From the NCBI GenBank assembly GCA_019057795.1, contig JAHLWS010000070.1:128001-192000 (forward strand): a DNA stretch of 64,000 bases, given 5' to 3'. Every line of letters begins with the position of its first letter. The first letter of the stretch is position 1. The DNA comes from Promethearchaeota archaeon. Its GTDB lineage: Archaea > Asgardarchaeota > Lokiarchaeia > Sigyniarchaeales > SOKP01. Of the stretch, positions 52,287 to 61,791 are shown in pieces. The position numbers and the translations under genes were made by a program. The notes under the pieces were generated by a model. It ran no database searches, had not been told where the DNA came from, and saw nothing but the letters and a program-made list of their open reading frames with translations.

Positions 52287-53516
52287 TTAAGTTAGGGAAA
52301 AATCATAATTTCTCAAAGGATCAAAAATTTCGGTAATAATCTTATTCTTAACAACAATTATTTTAGGGAGTGTATATGGAAACCGATTAGAAAAAGTCAG
52401 AGTATACGCTCCGACATTCGTAACCATTACAATATCATTTTCTTTTAAATATTTAGTAAAAAAATAATTTTTCGCTAATACATCTTGATCAGTAGGCATA
52501 ATTCCAGCTATTGAAGTCTTAAATTTATGTGGTTCGTTGATTTTTGATGCATTGTAAAATCTTAAAGAGCACTTTGCGAATTTGGGACAAATGTGATTTC
52601 CTATATCTAAAAAAATCCATCTATCTTCAGATACCTTAATAATTTTCGCAAGAAATATACCAGCATCTCCAATAAAATAGCGTCCTGGTTCAAAATAGAT
52701 ATTTTTAAAATTGAACTCAGAGTTACTTAAGGTTGAGTTTATATTATTCGCTATTTCTCTTAATTGGGTTTCTGGCATTATAACTGCTTCTGGAAAACCG
52801 CCTCCTAAATTAATATTTTCTACATTAATCCCCGCATCTGATAAAATTTTAATATTTTCTATGAGAGATTCTACATTTTTTTTAAACTGTCCAAAATTAT
52901 TCATTTGAGTAGAATAATGAGATAAAATCGTTGTTAATTTGATGTTTTCACATTCTTTTACTAAATTTGTTAATTTTGTTAAATTAGATTTGTCTAATAC
53001 GATTCCTAATTTACTCCCATATTTTTGAGAATTAATTCTAATGCAAATATTTTGAATTTTTTGATATTTTTTAGCAATCGAGTTAATTTGAATTAAATCG
53101 TTTAAGTTATAGACAATAATTTCTTTTATATTCTCTTTTATGCATTTTTCGATGAGATTATGTGGTAAATAAGGTCCTCCTACGATAATTTTGTTTGGAG
53201 GAAATTGCAATTTTAACGCTAAATTTAATTCAGGTAATCCGATTAATTCAGCACCTATACCTTCCGATTGAATAATTTTACAAATTTCTGGGAGAAAATT
53301 GGCTTTAAATGAATAAAAACATTGAAAATTTTTAAAAACTGATTTAAATACTCTACAAAAGGAGTTAATATTATCTCTAACCCTATTTTCTAAAAAAATC
53401 ATCAATGGAGTTGTTGAATTTCTTAAAATGTCGTTGAGTATAATCGTATCAATTAATACATTTCCCTCTTTTTTATTTAAATAGGGATTTCCAGATATTT
53501 TCTTCAATTTAATCAA
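52287..53516 (-). CDS. Divergent LysA/ODC-family (fold III) PLP enzyme
   Basis: YSFKAN, SKLG, NLGGGF, EPGRY, GAYT; catalytic-Cys motif replaced by GIMPTDQD. Confidence 0.8.
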   Translation of the reverse strand: MIKLKKISGNPYLNKKEGNVLIDTIILNDILRNSTTPLMIFLENRVRDNINSFCRVFKSVFKNFQCFYSFKANFLPEICKIIQSEGIGAELIGLPELNLALKLQFPPNKIIVGGPYLPHNLIEKCIKENIKEIIVYNLNDLIQINSIAKKYQKIQNICIRINSQKYGSKLGIVLDKSNLTKLTNLVKECENIKLTTILSHYSTQMNNFGQFKKNVESLIENIKILSDAGINVENINLGGGFPEAVIMPETQLREIANNINSTLSNSEFNFKNIYFEPGRYFIGDAGIFLAKIIKVSEDRWIFLDIGNHICPKFAKCSLRFYNASKINEPHKFKTSIAGIMPTDQDVLAKNYFFTKYLKENDIVMVTNVGAYTLTFSNRFPYTLPKIIVVKNKIITEIFDPLRNYDFSLT

Positions 53517-54813
53517 CTTTTTTTGAAATTAATTCTTGATAAGCTTTATGAGTTTTTCTAGCTACTATATCCCAAGAAAATTTTTGACGAACTCTAATTT
53601 TACCTTCTGATCCTAATTTTTTACTGAAGTTCTTCCTTTTTAGTAGCGTTATAACTTTATTAGCTATGTCTAAATAATTATCATATTCAACTAATAAACC
53701 ATCAATGTTATTCCTAATGACTTCTGGAGTTGCTCCTACATTTGCACCTATAACCGGTTTGCCAGAAGCCCAAGCCTCTAAATATACAATGCCAAACGCA
53801 TCGCTTCGGCTTGGCATTAAAAACAAATCTGTTTCGTTAAAAGCTGCTATTTTTTTTTTATCGTAATAGCCTTTTAAATTATCTGGAGTTAAATTAATAA
53901 CTCGGCGAGTTATCGTTTTTTTAATTTTTGAGAGCTCTAGATTAAACGCAATAGTGGAAGGTCCAATAAAAACAAAATATACTTTCTTATATTTATTAAT
54001 AATGTAGGGAATTGCTCGTAAAATAGAAATCGCTCCTTTCTCGTAATTTTTATAACCACAAAATAAGATCATTTTATATTTCTTTTCCCCTGGCTTGAAG
54101 TACTTTTGTTTAAATTTAAATTTGTTGTTAATTCGACCAGAAGAGAGATCAAACTTTTTGTAGTCTACTCCCATCGAAATAACTTTAATTTTATCTTCTG
54201 GTAGGTTAAACTTTTCTACCATTGCTTTTTTTTCAAGATTCGTACACGCAATGATTTGATCAAATTTTTTTAAAGCTTCGAAAAGGTTTTTATTGAGATA
54301 TCTAGGATTAGAGAAATGAAAAAAAGGCGTACAAACAGTAGGTTTATTGATAAGTTTTCCAAGTATTAAACTTGTTATAAGATTAAAGTATGGAAAGAAG
54401 GTTGTATGAATTAAATCAAAGGAAAATTTAGTTGAGTGTGCTATTTTTTCAATTATATCTCCTAAATAAGGACCATTTTTTAAAAACTCAATCAAACAAT
54501 CATCAGATAGTCTCAAAAGATTGTAGGATGGAAGATTTTTAATTATTTTTAATTTTTCTTCTAATAAAATATTATATTTTATAGGAAAACGCGTGATTTT
54601 TAAATTATTTACAAAACCATAATGTTTATCCCCAATATTTATTATTCTACCATTAGGTTGTCTTAGGGCTTTAAAATCAATTGCGGTGGAGGTATGGATA
54701 TCAACTTGGTAATTGTATTTCGAATTTAATATCTCTGCCATCGTTTGGATATAAAACTCTGCTCCCGAGATTGCGGGGAAATATCTTGTCGGGAGATATA
54801 AAATCTTGTTCAA
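53509..54813 (-). CDS. Glycosyltransferase family 4
   Basis: P.ISGAE, TPFFH, PSRSDAFGIVYLEAWASGKPVI, FSW. Confidence 0.9.
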   Translation of the reverse strand: MNKILYLPTRYFPAISGAEFYIQTMAEILNSKYNYQVDIHTSTAIDFKALRQPNGRIINIGDKHYGFVNNLKITRFPIKYNILLEEKLKIIKNLPSYNLLRLSDDCLIEFLKNGPYLGDIIEKIAHSTKFSFDLIHTTFFPYFNLITSLILGKLINKPTVCTPFFHFSNPRYLNKNLFEALKKFDQIIACTNLEKKAMVEKFNLPEDKIKVISMGVDYKKFDLSSGRINNKFKFKQKYFKPGEKKYKMILFCGYKNYEKGAISILRAIPYIINKYKKVYFVFIGPSTIAFNLELSKIKKTITRRVINLTPDNLKGYYDKKKIAAFNETDLFLMPSRSDAFGIVYLEAWASGKPVIGANVGATPEVIRNNIDGLLVEYDNYLDIANKVITLLKRKNFSKKLGSEGKIRVRQKFSWDIVARKTHKAYQELISKKVD

Positions 54814-54862
54814 ACTTAATATCCTTTTTATTTATCAATTATAATTATTATATGATAACTAA

Positions 54863-55255
54863 ATGTCTAAGGATTTATTATTTGATGTTTATTCAATTGC
54901 AAAAAAGAAAGGCGTAATCGATGATGAGTTAATAAATTTCATTGATACGATTTTTCCTAATAAGGCAGATAAGGTTTTAGATGTTATAAAAAAAGGCATA
55001 ACAAAATATACTTATAAACCTTCGAATAGAGTTATTTGGCTCGCTTCAGGAGAAAATCGCGAATATTTAATATATCCTAAATTATATTGTTCATGCTTAA
55101 ATTTTTATAAGGAGGTTGTAATAAATCAATCCATAGGATGTTGTAAACATCTTATAACTCAAGTAATATGTGAAGCATTAAATAAATATAAAAAAGTTGA
55201 GTTAAAAGATAAAGAATTTGAAGATTTAATTAATAATTTGGAATCAAAATTTTAA
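54863..55255 (+). CDS. SWIM zinc-finger protein
   Basis: EY....YCSC.NF...CKHL. Confidence 0.85.
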   Translation: MSKDLLFDVYSIAKKKGVIDDELINFIDTIFPNKADKVLDVIKKGITKYTYKPSNRVIWLASGENREYLIYPKLYCSCLNFYKEVVINQSIGCCKHLITQVICEALNKYKKVELKDKEFEDLINNLESKF

Positions 55256-55879
55256 TACTTCTGCATTTTCTATTGAATTTTCAACTAAATCGAAAATATT
55301 GATTTTTGATTCTGAATGTTGTATTTCATGAGGTTTAGCGTGAGTTTCAGGGTATTGTGGATTAAATTTACACCCCGCTGATGGGATAGAAGATACTTCA
55401 TATGACCCAATTTTTTTATTCATATTTATTACTTCTTGTTTATCACATCCTATTAGCGGCCTTAATACTATAAAATCTTGAATTATATTATTATATGAAT
55501 ATAAATTATCTAAAGTTTGACTGGCTTGTTCTCCCAAAATATCTCCTGTAACAATTATTTTTGTATTTTCTAAACTTCCTAAACGTTTTGCTGTTCGAAG
55601 CATTAATCGCTTGCATAAAACACAAGTTAATTTTCTATCGCAAAATTGTTTAAAAGCTTCCAAGTTGTTATCGTGGTTAATAATATAGATTTTTAATTCG
55701 TTATTTGTGTACTTTGATAATAATTTGACAAGATCTATAACTTTGTTTTTCATAGAATGATTTGCATCATCTGAGGTTAAAAATGAGAGAAACACTGGAA
55801 TAAAACCCCTTTTAATCATTAAATATGCTGCGATTGAGCTGTCTAAACCACCTGAAAGTAAAGATATAAATTTTCTCAT
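55244..55879 (-). CDS. ThiI-like PP-loop sulfurtransferase domain lacking THUMP
   Basis: LLSGGLDS, CVLCKRLM, TGDILGEQASQTL.NL, RPLIG.DK.E. Confidence 0.82.
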   Translation of the reverse strand: MRKFISLLSGGLDSSIAAYLMIKRGFIPVFLSFLTSDDANHSMKNKVIDLVKLLSKYTNNELKIYIINHDNNLEAFKQFCDRKLTCVLCKRLMLRTAKRLGSLENTKIIVTGDILGEQASQTLDNLYSYNNIIQDFIVLRPLIGCDKQEVINMNKKIGSYEVSSIPSAGCKFNPQYPETHAKPHEIQHSESKINIFDLVENSIENAEVLKF

Positions 55880-55894
55880 CGTTCACTTCAAATT

Positions 55895-56497
55895 TTAATT
55901 TGTAGTTATTTCTTCTCTTTCCCATTCTTTTAAATATTTATTAAAATCCTCAAGCATAATTTGTCTGGATATTTTAATTTTGTTTTTATATTCGAGTTTT
56001 TTAATTTTTAACATAATCTTTTTATTCTTTTTTAAGTGTTCTAGAGCTTTAGGATATTCATCTCTAAAAATCTCTTTAATATCATCAAAATCCGTATTTT
56101 TTAGGAAATCGTAATATCTAATTACATAATTACATAATGGATCAATACTTATTTCAAAATTAAAAGCATCAACTTGTTTTAAAGCCAAGGGGTAAGCCTT
56201 GCATGCTAGTGGTTTAATTTCCTGTACTTTACAACCATTTTTTTTATCATAAAAAGGGCATCCCTGAGTTTCGTTGTCCAATCGTATTTTATATGTCACA
56301 ACAAGTATTTTTTTGTTTAAAATGTCTGGAAATACTAAATCCTCGATAATTTTAAAGGCAATACCTTTTTTTTTAGCGATTTCTATTAATTTATTTGCCT
56401 CTTTAGGATATATTGGTATTCTTTTTTTGGAACCAAAAATTTCATAACAGCATATCCCGCATTTTAGACATTCATATTTTAGCTCAGTCAATTCCAA
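55895..56497 (-). CDS. YkgJ/FliB-family CxxCxxCC cysteine-cluster protein
   Basis: CLKCGICC, CPFY, C.V...KPLACKAYP. Confidence 0.88.
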   Translation of the reverse strand: MELTELKYECLKCGICCYEIFGSKKRIPIYPKEANKLIEIAKKKGIAFKIIEDLVFPDILNKKILVVTYKIRLDNETQGCPFYDKKNGCKVQEIKPLACKAYPLALKQVDAFNFEISIDPLCNYVIRYYDFLKNTDFDDIKEIFRDEYPKALEHLKKNKKIMLKIKKLEYKNKIKISRQIMLEDFNKYLKEWEREEITTN

Positions 56498-56691
56498 AAA
56501 ATTACCTTTTTCAGATGATATTGAAATGAAAACCTCATTATATTTATAGATACCTTAAAAAATTAATTTATGTGATAATATTAATATATTACTTTAACAG
56601 TAAATCATGAGTCTATTAGGATAACACATTGATTTAAAGACATAAAAAAGATTCTAATTATATCGTATAAACAATACTTAAGGTAAAAAAA

Positions 56692-57507
56692 TTGACTGAG
56701 TCTGGGATAAGGATTATTAAACATAATGATATTAAAGAAGAAGAATTCAAGGACCCTATTTGTATTTTAGGAATGCCAGGCATCGCTGATGTTGGAAAAT
56801 TCGCTATAGATTCCTTAATTGGACAATTAGATGCCCAAAGTTTTATGGATTTTATATTTGATGATTACCCCGCTGGAGCTATAGTTGATGATAGTCTATT
56901 ATCAGCACCTAAAGCAGAAATTCTTTTTTGGAAAGATCCAAGTTATCGAAGAGATATTCTTTTAATTACTGCAGATGCGCAAAGTTTAACACCTAAAGGC
57001 ATATATAGAATTTCAAATTTTCTTACAGAGATAATAGATCAATGTAAAATTAAGTTGATAATTGCTTTGGGAGCGTATCCCGTAAATAGTCGCAAGATAG
57101 ATTCAAAAATTCCAAAAATATTTGCAAGTTCAACTAACCGAGAACTGTTAGATAATTTTTTATCAAAAAATAACTGTGAAAAAATCCAAAAAGGGGTTAT
57201 TATTGGTGCTAATGGGTTAATCCCAACTTTAGCAAAAGCGAGATTTAATATAGATGGGATTGTTCTTTTGGCAGAAACTGATAATATGGCAATGCTTAAT
57301 GAAGATATCACCGATTTAAAAGCTTCAATAACGCTCTTAGAAATGATTAAGAAATCTTTTATGTTACCAATTAAAAAGAAATATTCCCTTGATAATATTG
57401 AAGATATTACAAAAAATCTTCAAAGTAAAAGAGATCAACTAGAAAAAGATCTCGGTACATTTCAATTTGTTGATATTGACGATAAGAGAAAGTCATTATA
57501 CATTTAA
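56692..57507 (+). CDS. PAC2-family proteasome assembly chaperone
   Basis: GMPGIADVGK, DAQS, ALGAY, IIGANG, LLAET, C-terminal LYI (HbYX-like). Confidence 0.85.
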   Translation: MTESGIRIIKHNDIKEEEFKDPICILGMPGIADVGKFAIDSLIGQLDAQSFMDFIFDDYPAGAIVDDSLLSAPKAEILFWKDPSYRRDILLITADAQSLTPKGIYRISNFLTEIIDQCKIKLIIALGAYPVNSRKIDSKIPKIFASSTNRELLDNFLSKNNCEKIQKGVIIGANGLIPTLAKARFNIDGIVLLAETDNMAMLNEDITDLKASITLLEMIKKSFMLPIKKKYSLDNIEDITKNLQSKRDQLEKDLGTFQFVDIDDKRKSLYI

Positions 57508-57607
57508 AATTATTTATTTTTTTTACATGATTTATGTTTTTAGGAATTCTACTAACAACTTTAATTATTTGCGAAAAATATTTTAACAATAATTCATTTT
57601 AAAAAAT

Positions 57608-57757
57608 ATGAAGTATGTTTGCGCTAGAAAAAGTTGTGGAAAAGAAGTCTCTAAAAAAGAATTAAACGCTCTTCCTGGAATAAAATGTTCCCACTGTGGA
57701 TTTCGCATCTTATACAAAAAACGCCCTGATGTTATAAAAAGAATTAAAGGGATATAA
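57608..57757 (+). CDS. rpoP: RNA polymerase subunit Rpo12 (P), 49 aa, below ORF-track cutoff
   Basis: Own translation MKYVCARKSCGKEVSKKELNALPGIKCSHCGFRILYKKRPDVIKRIKGI. Confidence 0.9.
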   Translation: MKYVCARKSCGKEVSKKELNALPGIKCSHCGFRILYKKRPDVIKRIKGI

Positions 57758-57787
57758 AACTTTATTAATTTGAAAGTAAGATTTTTT

Positions 57788-58723
57788 TTAAACGCGATCT
57801 ATGGATTCATATCTCATATGATTTACAAGTTCTTTATATCTGTTCCGTATAGTAGCTTCAGTTACACCTGCTGCTAATGAGATCTCTTTTTGAGTCCGGC
57901 GTTCTCCTTCTTGTATCGCCGCTACATATAAAGCAGCACCCGCTAGACCAGTGGGTGCTTTTCCATCAGTAATATGATATTTTTTTGCTAATTTTAATAA
58001 TTCTGCTGCTCGATTCTGAGTTCTTCCTGAAAGTTTTAATTCAGCACAAAATCTAGGGATAAAATTTATTGGAGAGGAAACTTGAATATTTATTTTTAAT
58101 TCGATTAGAATTAACCTATAACAACGAGCAATTTTTTTTTTATCGACTAAAGCAAATTCGATAAAATCATCCAAAGTTTTCGGAATATTATTCAACCTGC
58201 ATGATAAATAAATGGAAGCTATCAACATTGCCTCAATAGATCTTCCTCTTATTAGATTTTTATGAGCCATTTTTCTGTAAATATGAGCAGCCGATTCTTT
58301 TAAGGCTTTGGACAGATTCAGTTGAGAAGAAAAGCGATCTAATTCGTTCATAGCATAAGCTAAATTTCGATCTATTGATTTATTTGTCCTCGTTCTTACA
58401 TGCCATTTTCTTAAGCGATATACTTCAGCTTTCATTTTTGGGCTGATACTTTTGCCGAACGCGTCTTTATTTTTCCACCCAATCATAGTACTTAATCCTT
58501 TATCATGAATTGTCAAAGTTGTTGGCGCTCCTACTCTAGCTTTTTTATTGGCTTCTTCTGAAGAGAAAGCTCTCCATTCAGGACCAGAATCAATGAGATT
58601 TTGGCTCAAAACTAAACCGCATACATTGCAAATTAACTCACCACGGGTGCTATCAGAAATCAGATTTGTATTCCCACATTCTGGGCATAAATTTAAATTA
58701 TTTTGAAGCATTGAAAGATCCAA
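57788..58723 (-). CDS. tfb: Transcription initiation factor IIB
   Basis: CPECG..RGELIC..CG, GPEWRAF, HDKGLST, RGRSIE, VTEATIRNRYKE. Confidence 0.97.
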   Translation of the reverse strand: MDLSMLQNNLNLCPECGNTNLISDSTRGELICNVCGLVLSQNLIDSGPEWRAFSSEEANKKARVGAPTTLTIHDKGLSTMIGWKNKDAFGKSISPKMKAEVYRLRKWHVRTRTNKSIDRNLAYAMNELDRFSSQLNLSKALKESAAHIYRKMAHKNLIRGRSIEAMLIASIYLSCRLNNIPKTLDDFIEFALVDKKKIARCYRLILIELKINIQVSSPINFIPRFCAELKLSGRTQNRAAELLKLAKKYHITDGKAPTGLAGAALYVAAIQEGERRTQKEISLAAGVTEATIRNRYKELVNHMRYESIDRV

Positions 58724-58891
58724 TTACTTATACCCACACATATTTCAATTCCTTAATTTCTATAATTAAAGTCATACTTTTAAATGTTTGCGTTTTTAGG
58801 ATTTATCAGTTAATAAAAATCACATTTTAAAATTTTTGTTTTTAATATTTCACCGAAAAATTTTAATAATTTATATTTTTCTGATTATATA

Positions 58892-59338
58892 ATGCGACAT
58901 TTTTATAAAAGTCATGGTAAGCATTGTTATCTTCGATCTTTTCAGACATCTTGCAGAAAGTGTGGTGCAGATGTGTTATATTGGGAATGCACTCATGGAA
59001 GTAAAATTTTTTTTGAGTACCCACCTTATGGAAAATTGCGAAGACATTATTGTCGGAACCTTAATAGAATATCACATAAAAGAAAAATTTTTCCAGTTGT
59101 TGTTAAAAAACCTAAAGGTCTTTTGGAGAACCCTTATTTCAGTTGTCCAGTGTGTGGGAAATTGTTTAGAAAAGAAATATATTTAAAAGATCATCTAAAT
59201 GAACTAAAAAAAAATGATTCCAAGCATAAATTATTTTTTCAAAATAAAATAATATTTAAAAATAAATTTAACGATATGAATAAATTTCGTGACAAACCTA
59301 GGTTTGGGAGAATTAATATAAGGGCATCAAAAAAATAA
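58892..59338 (+). CDS. Zinc-finger protein (CxxC/His cluster plus C2H2-like finger)
   Basis: CRKCG...ECTHGSK...HYC; CPVCGKLF....LKDHL. Confidence 0.7.
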   Translation: MRHFYKSHGKHCYLRSFQTSCRKCGADVLYWECTHGSKIFFEYPPYGKLRRHYCRNLNRISHKRKIFPVVVKKPKGLLENPYFSCPVCGKLFRKEIYLKDHLNELKKNDSKHKLFFQNKIIFKNKFNDMNKFRDKPRFGRINIRASKK

Positions 59339-59445
59339 AATTCAAACCCATAACATTTTAATAAAAATTTTATAATTATATTTATACTAATATATTATTA
59401 TTAATTCTTCACTAGGATATATAAATCTAAAAAATTGAGGAAAAA

Positions 59446-60054
59446 ATGACAACTGATCCAGCAACCGTTATTTATAATTTATTGCAAAAAGATCCCAGTA
59501 TTATTGCTGCTGCTGTAGTTCAAGGAAGAGATAACATTCTTCACTCAACAGATAACTGGGACATTAGCCCTGATATTGCTAAAGTTAGTTCAAGTTGGAA
59601 CAGCTTAAACGCTCAGTTTATCATGATTTCTGGTGTAAAATATTCTGTGCTTCAATGTACATCAGAAAGGATAGTAGCTACTTCAATGCGGGGCGAAGGA
59701 CATATAATTGGAGCAAAAGATGGAGAACACAAAGTAATAATATACCTTGAACCAGATGGTGAACCTATGGGAGCAACGATGGACACATCAAGAGCAGTTT
59801 CAGAGTTAAGTGCAAAACAAGCTTATGTGGGTGCTGATACTCAATTTAGTGGAAACGGTGTAACCCCTGCACCTGTTGCAGGAAAAAGTATAGACCCTCA
59901 ATTAAAAGGGGAAATTCAGTCTTTCTTAGAATGGATTAAAGATGGCGAGGGGCTTTCAGGATATATTAATTATTATCTTCAACAAAATAACGCCCATATC
60001 ATATCTGAACTTTCAAAAATCTATAGCGAGTTAAGGCAAATATTTGGAGTGTAA
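59446..60054 (+). CDS. Profilin-like protein with C-terminal helical extension
   Basis: TDNWDIS, ISGVKYSVLQ.T.ERIV, GEGHII match the pattern of Lokiarchaeal profilins; ~80 extra residues. Confidence 0.78.
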   Translation: MTTDPATVIYNLLQKDPSIIAAAVVQGRDNILHSTDNWDISPDIAKVSSSWNSLNAQFIMISGVKYSVLQCTSERIVATSMRGEGHIIGAKDGEHKVIIYLEPDGEPMGATMDTSRAVSELSAKQAYVGADTQFSGNGVTPAPVAGKSIDPQLKGEIQSFLEWIKDGEGLSGYINYYLQQNNAHIISELSKIYSELRQIFGV

Positions 60055-60139
60055 TTTGACTTTTAACTATAGTGATATTATTGGAAAGCTCTCAGAAAAA
60101 ACATAAAAACAATCAAAAATCTTCAAAAAGTAATGACAA

Positions 60140-60595
60140 ATGCCTCTTTCCAACAAATTACCTTCCAAAAATCAAAATTCTCAAAATAGCGACGAGCGAA
60201 AAAAAGTGGTTAAACAACCAAAAAAAAAGTTTGAAAAAAGAAAATCAGTGTATATGACTGATGAGGATTTAGAAATGGATATACCCTTAGTTCCTGAAGC
60301 ACCAAAAAAGTTAACGGTTAATTCTCGAGGTCTTTCTACTGACTTGCTTATTGAAATGAAAAAGCTTGAATCGGAAAAAATAAAAGTAGTTTTAGTTAAT
60401 TGTGAACGGTGTAAAAAAATAATCCCCGTGCCAATTCCAAAGAAATTTATATCAAAATCAAAGCTACCTGTTGTTCCCATAAGTTATATTCACAAAAACC
60501 CTCAAAATAAAGATCAACATTGTATAACTCTTCATGTTGATCATGATTTTGATATACGTCGGCAACGTATATCAGATGTTGTTTTTTCTCCTTAG
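60140..60595 (+). CDS. Hypothetical protein with C-terminal CxxC...H...H domain
   Basis: CERC...IH...HCITLHVD..F.IRR. Confidence 0.7.
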   Translation: MPLSNKLPSKNQNSQNSDERKKVVKQPKKKFEKRKSVYMTDEDLEMDIPLVPEAPKKLTVNSRGLSTDLLIEMKKLESEKIKVVLVNCERCKKIIPVPIPKKFISKSKLPVVPISYIHKNPQNKDQHCITLHVDHDFDIRRQRISDVVFSP

Positions 60596-60604
60596 TAAAT
60601 ATAT

Positions 60605-60826
60605 TCACATTAAATAAGTAACGACCACGATAATAAAAGGAATTAAACATAATAGACAGATAAAAGCAATAAAACTATTTCTCCATTTCAAATCGTTAGG
60701 ATTAAGAATTGCATTGCAATTTTCACAATATTTCTGGTTTGGGTCAATTATTTCACTATCACAGTTATAACATCGTGTTAGCGCATTATTCTTTTTATTT
60801 GTAGAATTGTGTTTAGACCTAGACAT
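60605..60826 (-). CDS. Small Zn-ribbon protein with C-terminal TM anchor
   Basis: CYNC-x11-CENC then hydrophobic C-terminal helix. Confidence 0.6.
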   Translation of the reverse strand: MSRSKHNSTNKKNNALTRCYNCDSEIIDPNQKYCENCNAILNPNDLKWRNSFIAFICLLCLIPFIIVVVTYLM

Positions 60827-60939
60827 TAAATTCAAAGACTTATATTATTTAATAGAATTAAAAAAATGCTGTAAGCTATATTATATAATTCTCAATTTAA
60901 ATAAAATTATAAATTCATTGTTTAATTGGTGAATAATCG

Positions 60940-61752
60940 ATTTCTGGTTATATAGGCAAAAGAATTAGATTAGAACGAATTTTTAATAGGGAAACAAATA
61001 AGACGATCATAGTTCCTATGGACCATGGATTAACTGTAGGGCCTATTAAAGGAATTAAAAGAAGTTTAGGAGAAATGGTAAATAAAATAGCATTAGGGGG
61101 CGCAAATGCCGTTTTAGGGCATATTGGGATTCCATTATACGCCCATAGAGGATATGGTCCAGATATTGGCTTAATTTTACATTTATCTGGTTCAACCTCT
61201 CTAAGTCCCAAGTCAAATTATAAAGTTTTAGTAAATAATGTATTAGATGCAGTAAAATTAGGAGCCGATGGTGTATCTTTGCATATTAATATTGGAACAA
61301 AGGCAGATCCAGAAATGCTAGAGATTCTAGGAGCAGTTTCACGTGAATGCCGAGAGTTTGGAATGCCCCTTTTGGCTATGATGTATCCTAGAGGGGAAAA
61401 TATCGAAAACGAACACGATGTTGAGGTCGTTAAAATAGCAGTAAGAGTCGCTGCGGAACTAGGGGCAGATATTGTGAAAACTAATTGGACGGGAGACCCA
61501 GATTCTTTTAATGAAGTAATTGAGGGGTGCATGGCACCAGTAATTATCGCGGGAGGGGTTAAGGCGGGGATTAAAGAACTTTTGGAAATAACTAAGCAAT
61601 CCATAGATGTTGGAGGCGCTGGAGTTGCCTATGGAAGAAATGTATTTCAAGCGGATAATCCTACAAAAGTTGTGAAAGCGCTTTATCTAGTTGTTCACAA
61701 AAATTATGAAGTAGAAGAAGCCATTAAAGAAACAAACATAAAAGGTCTATAA
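60940..61752 (+). CDS. Class I (DhnA-type) aldolase: ADH synthase AroA'/fructose-bisphosphate aldolase family; probable ATT start
   Basis: GKRIRLERIF upstream of PMDHG, AMMYPRG, ELGADIVKT, IAGG, GRNVFQ. Confidence 0.9.
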   Translation: MSGYIGKRIRLERIFNRETNKTIIVPMDHGLTVGPIKGIKRSLGEMVNKIALGGANAVLGHIGIPLYAHRGYGPDIGLILHLSGSTSLSPKSNYKVLVNNVLDAVKLGADGVSLHINIGTKADPEMLEILGAVSRECREFGMPLLAMMYPRGENIENEHDVEVVKIAVRVAAELGADIVKTNWTGDPDSFNEVIEGCMAPVIIAGGVKAGIKELLEITKQSIDVGGAGVAYGRNVFQADNPTKVVKALYLVVHKNYEVEEAIKETNIKGL

Positions 61753-61791
61753 AACGCAAATTTATTAAATCAAAAATAGTATTTATAAGAA

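Noticed and set aside
52287-53516. Assigning the symbol lysA
   Set aside because: Catalytic Cys motif is missing, so substrate is uncertain
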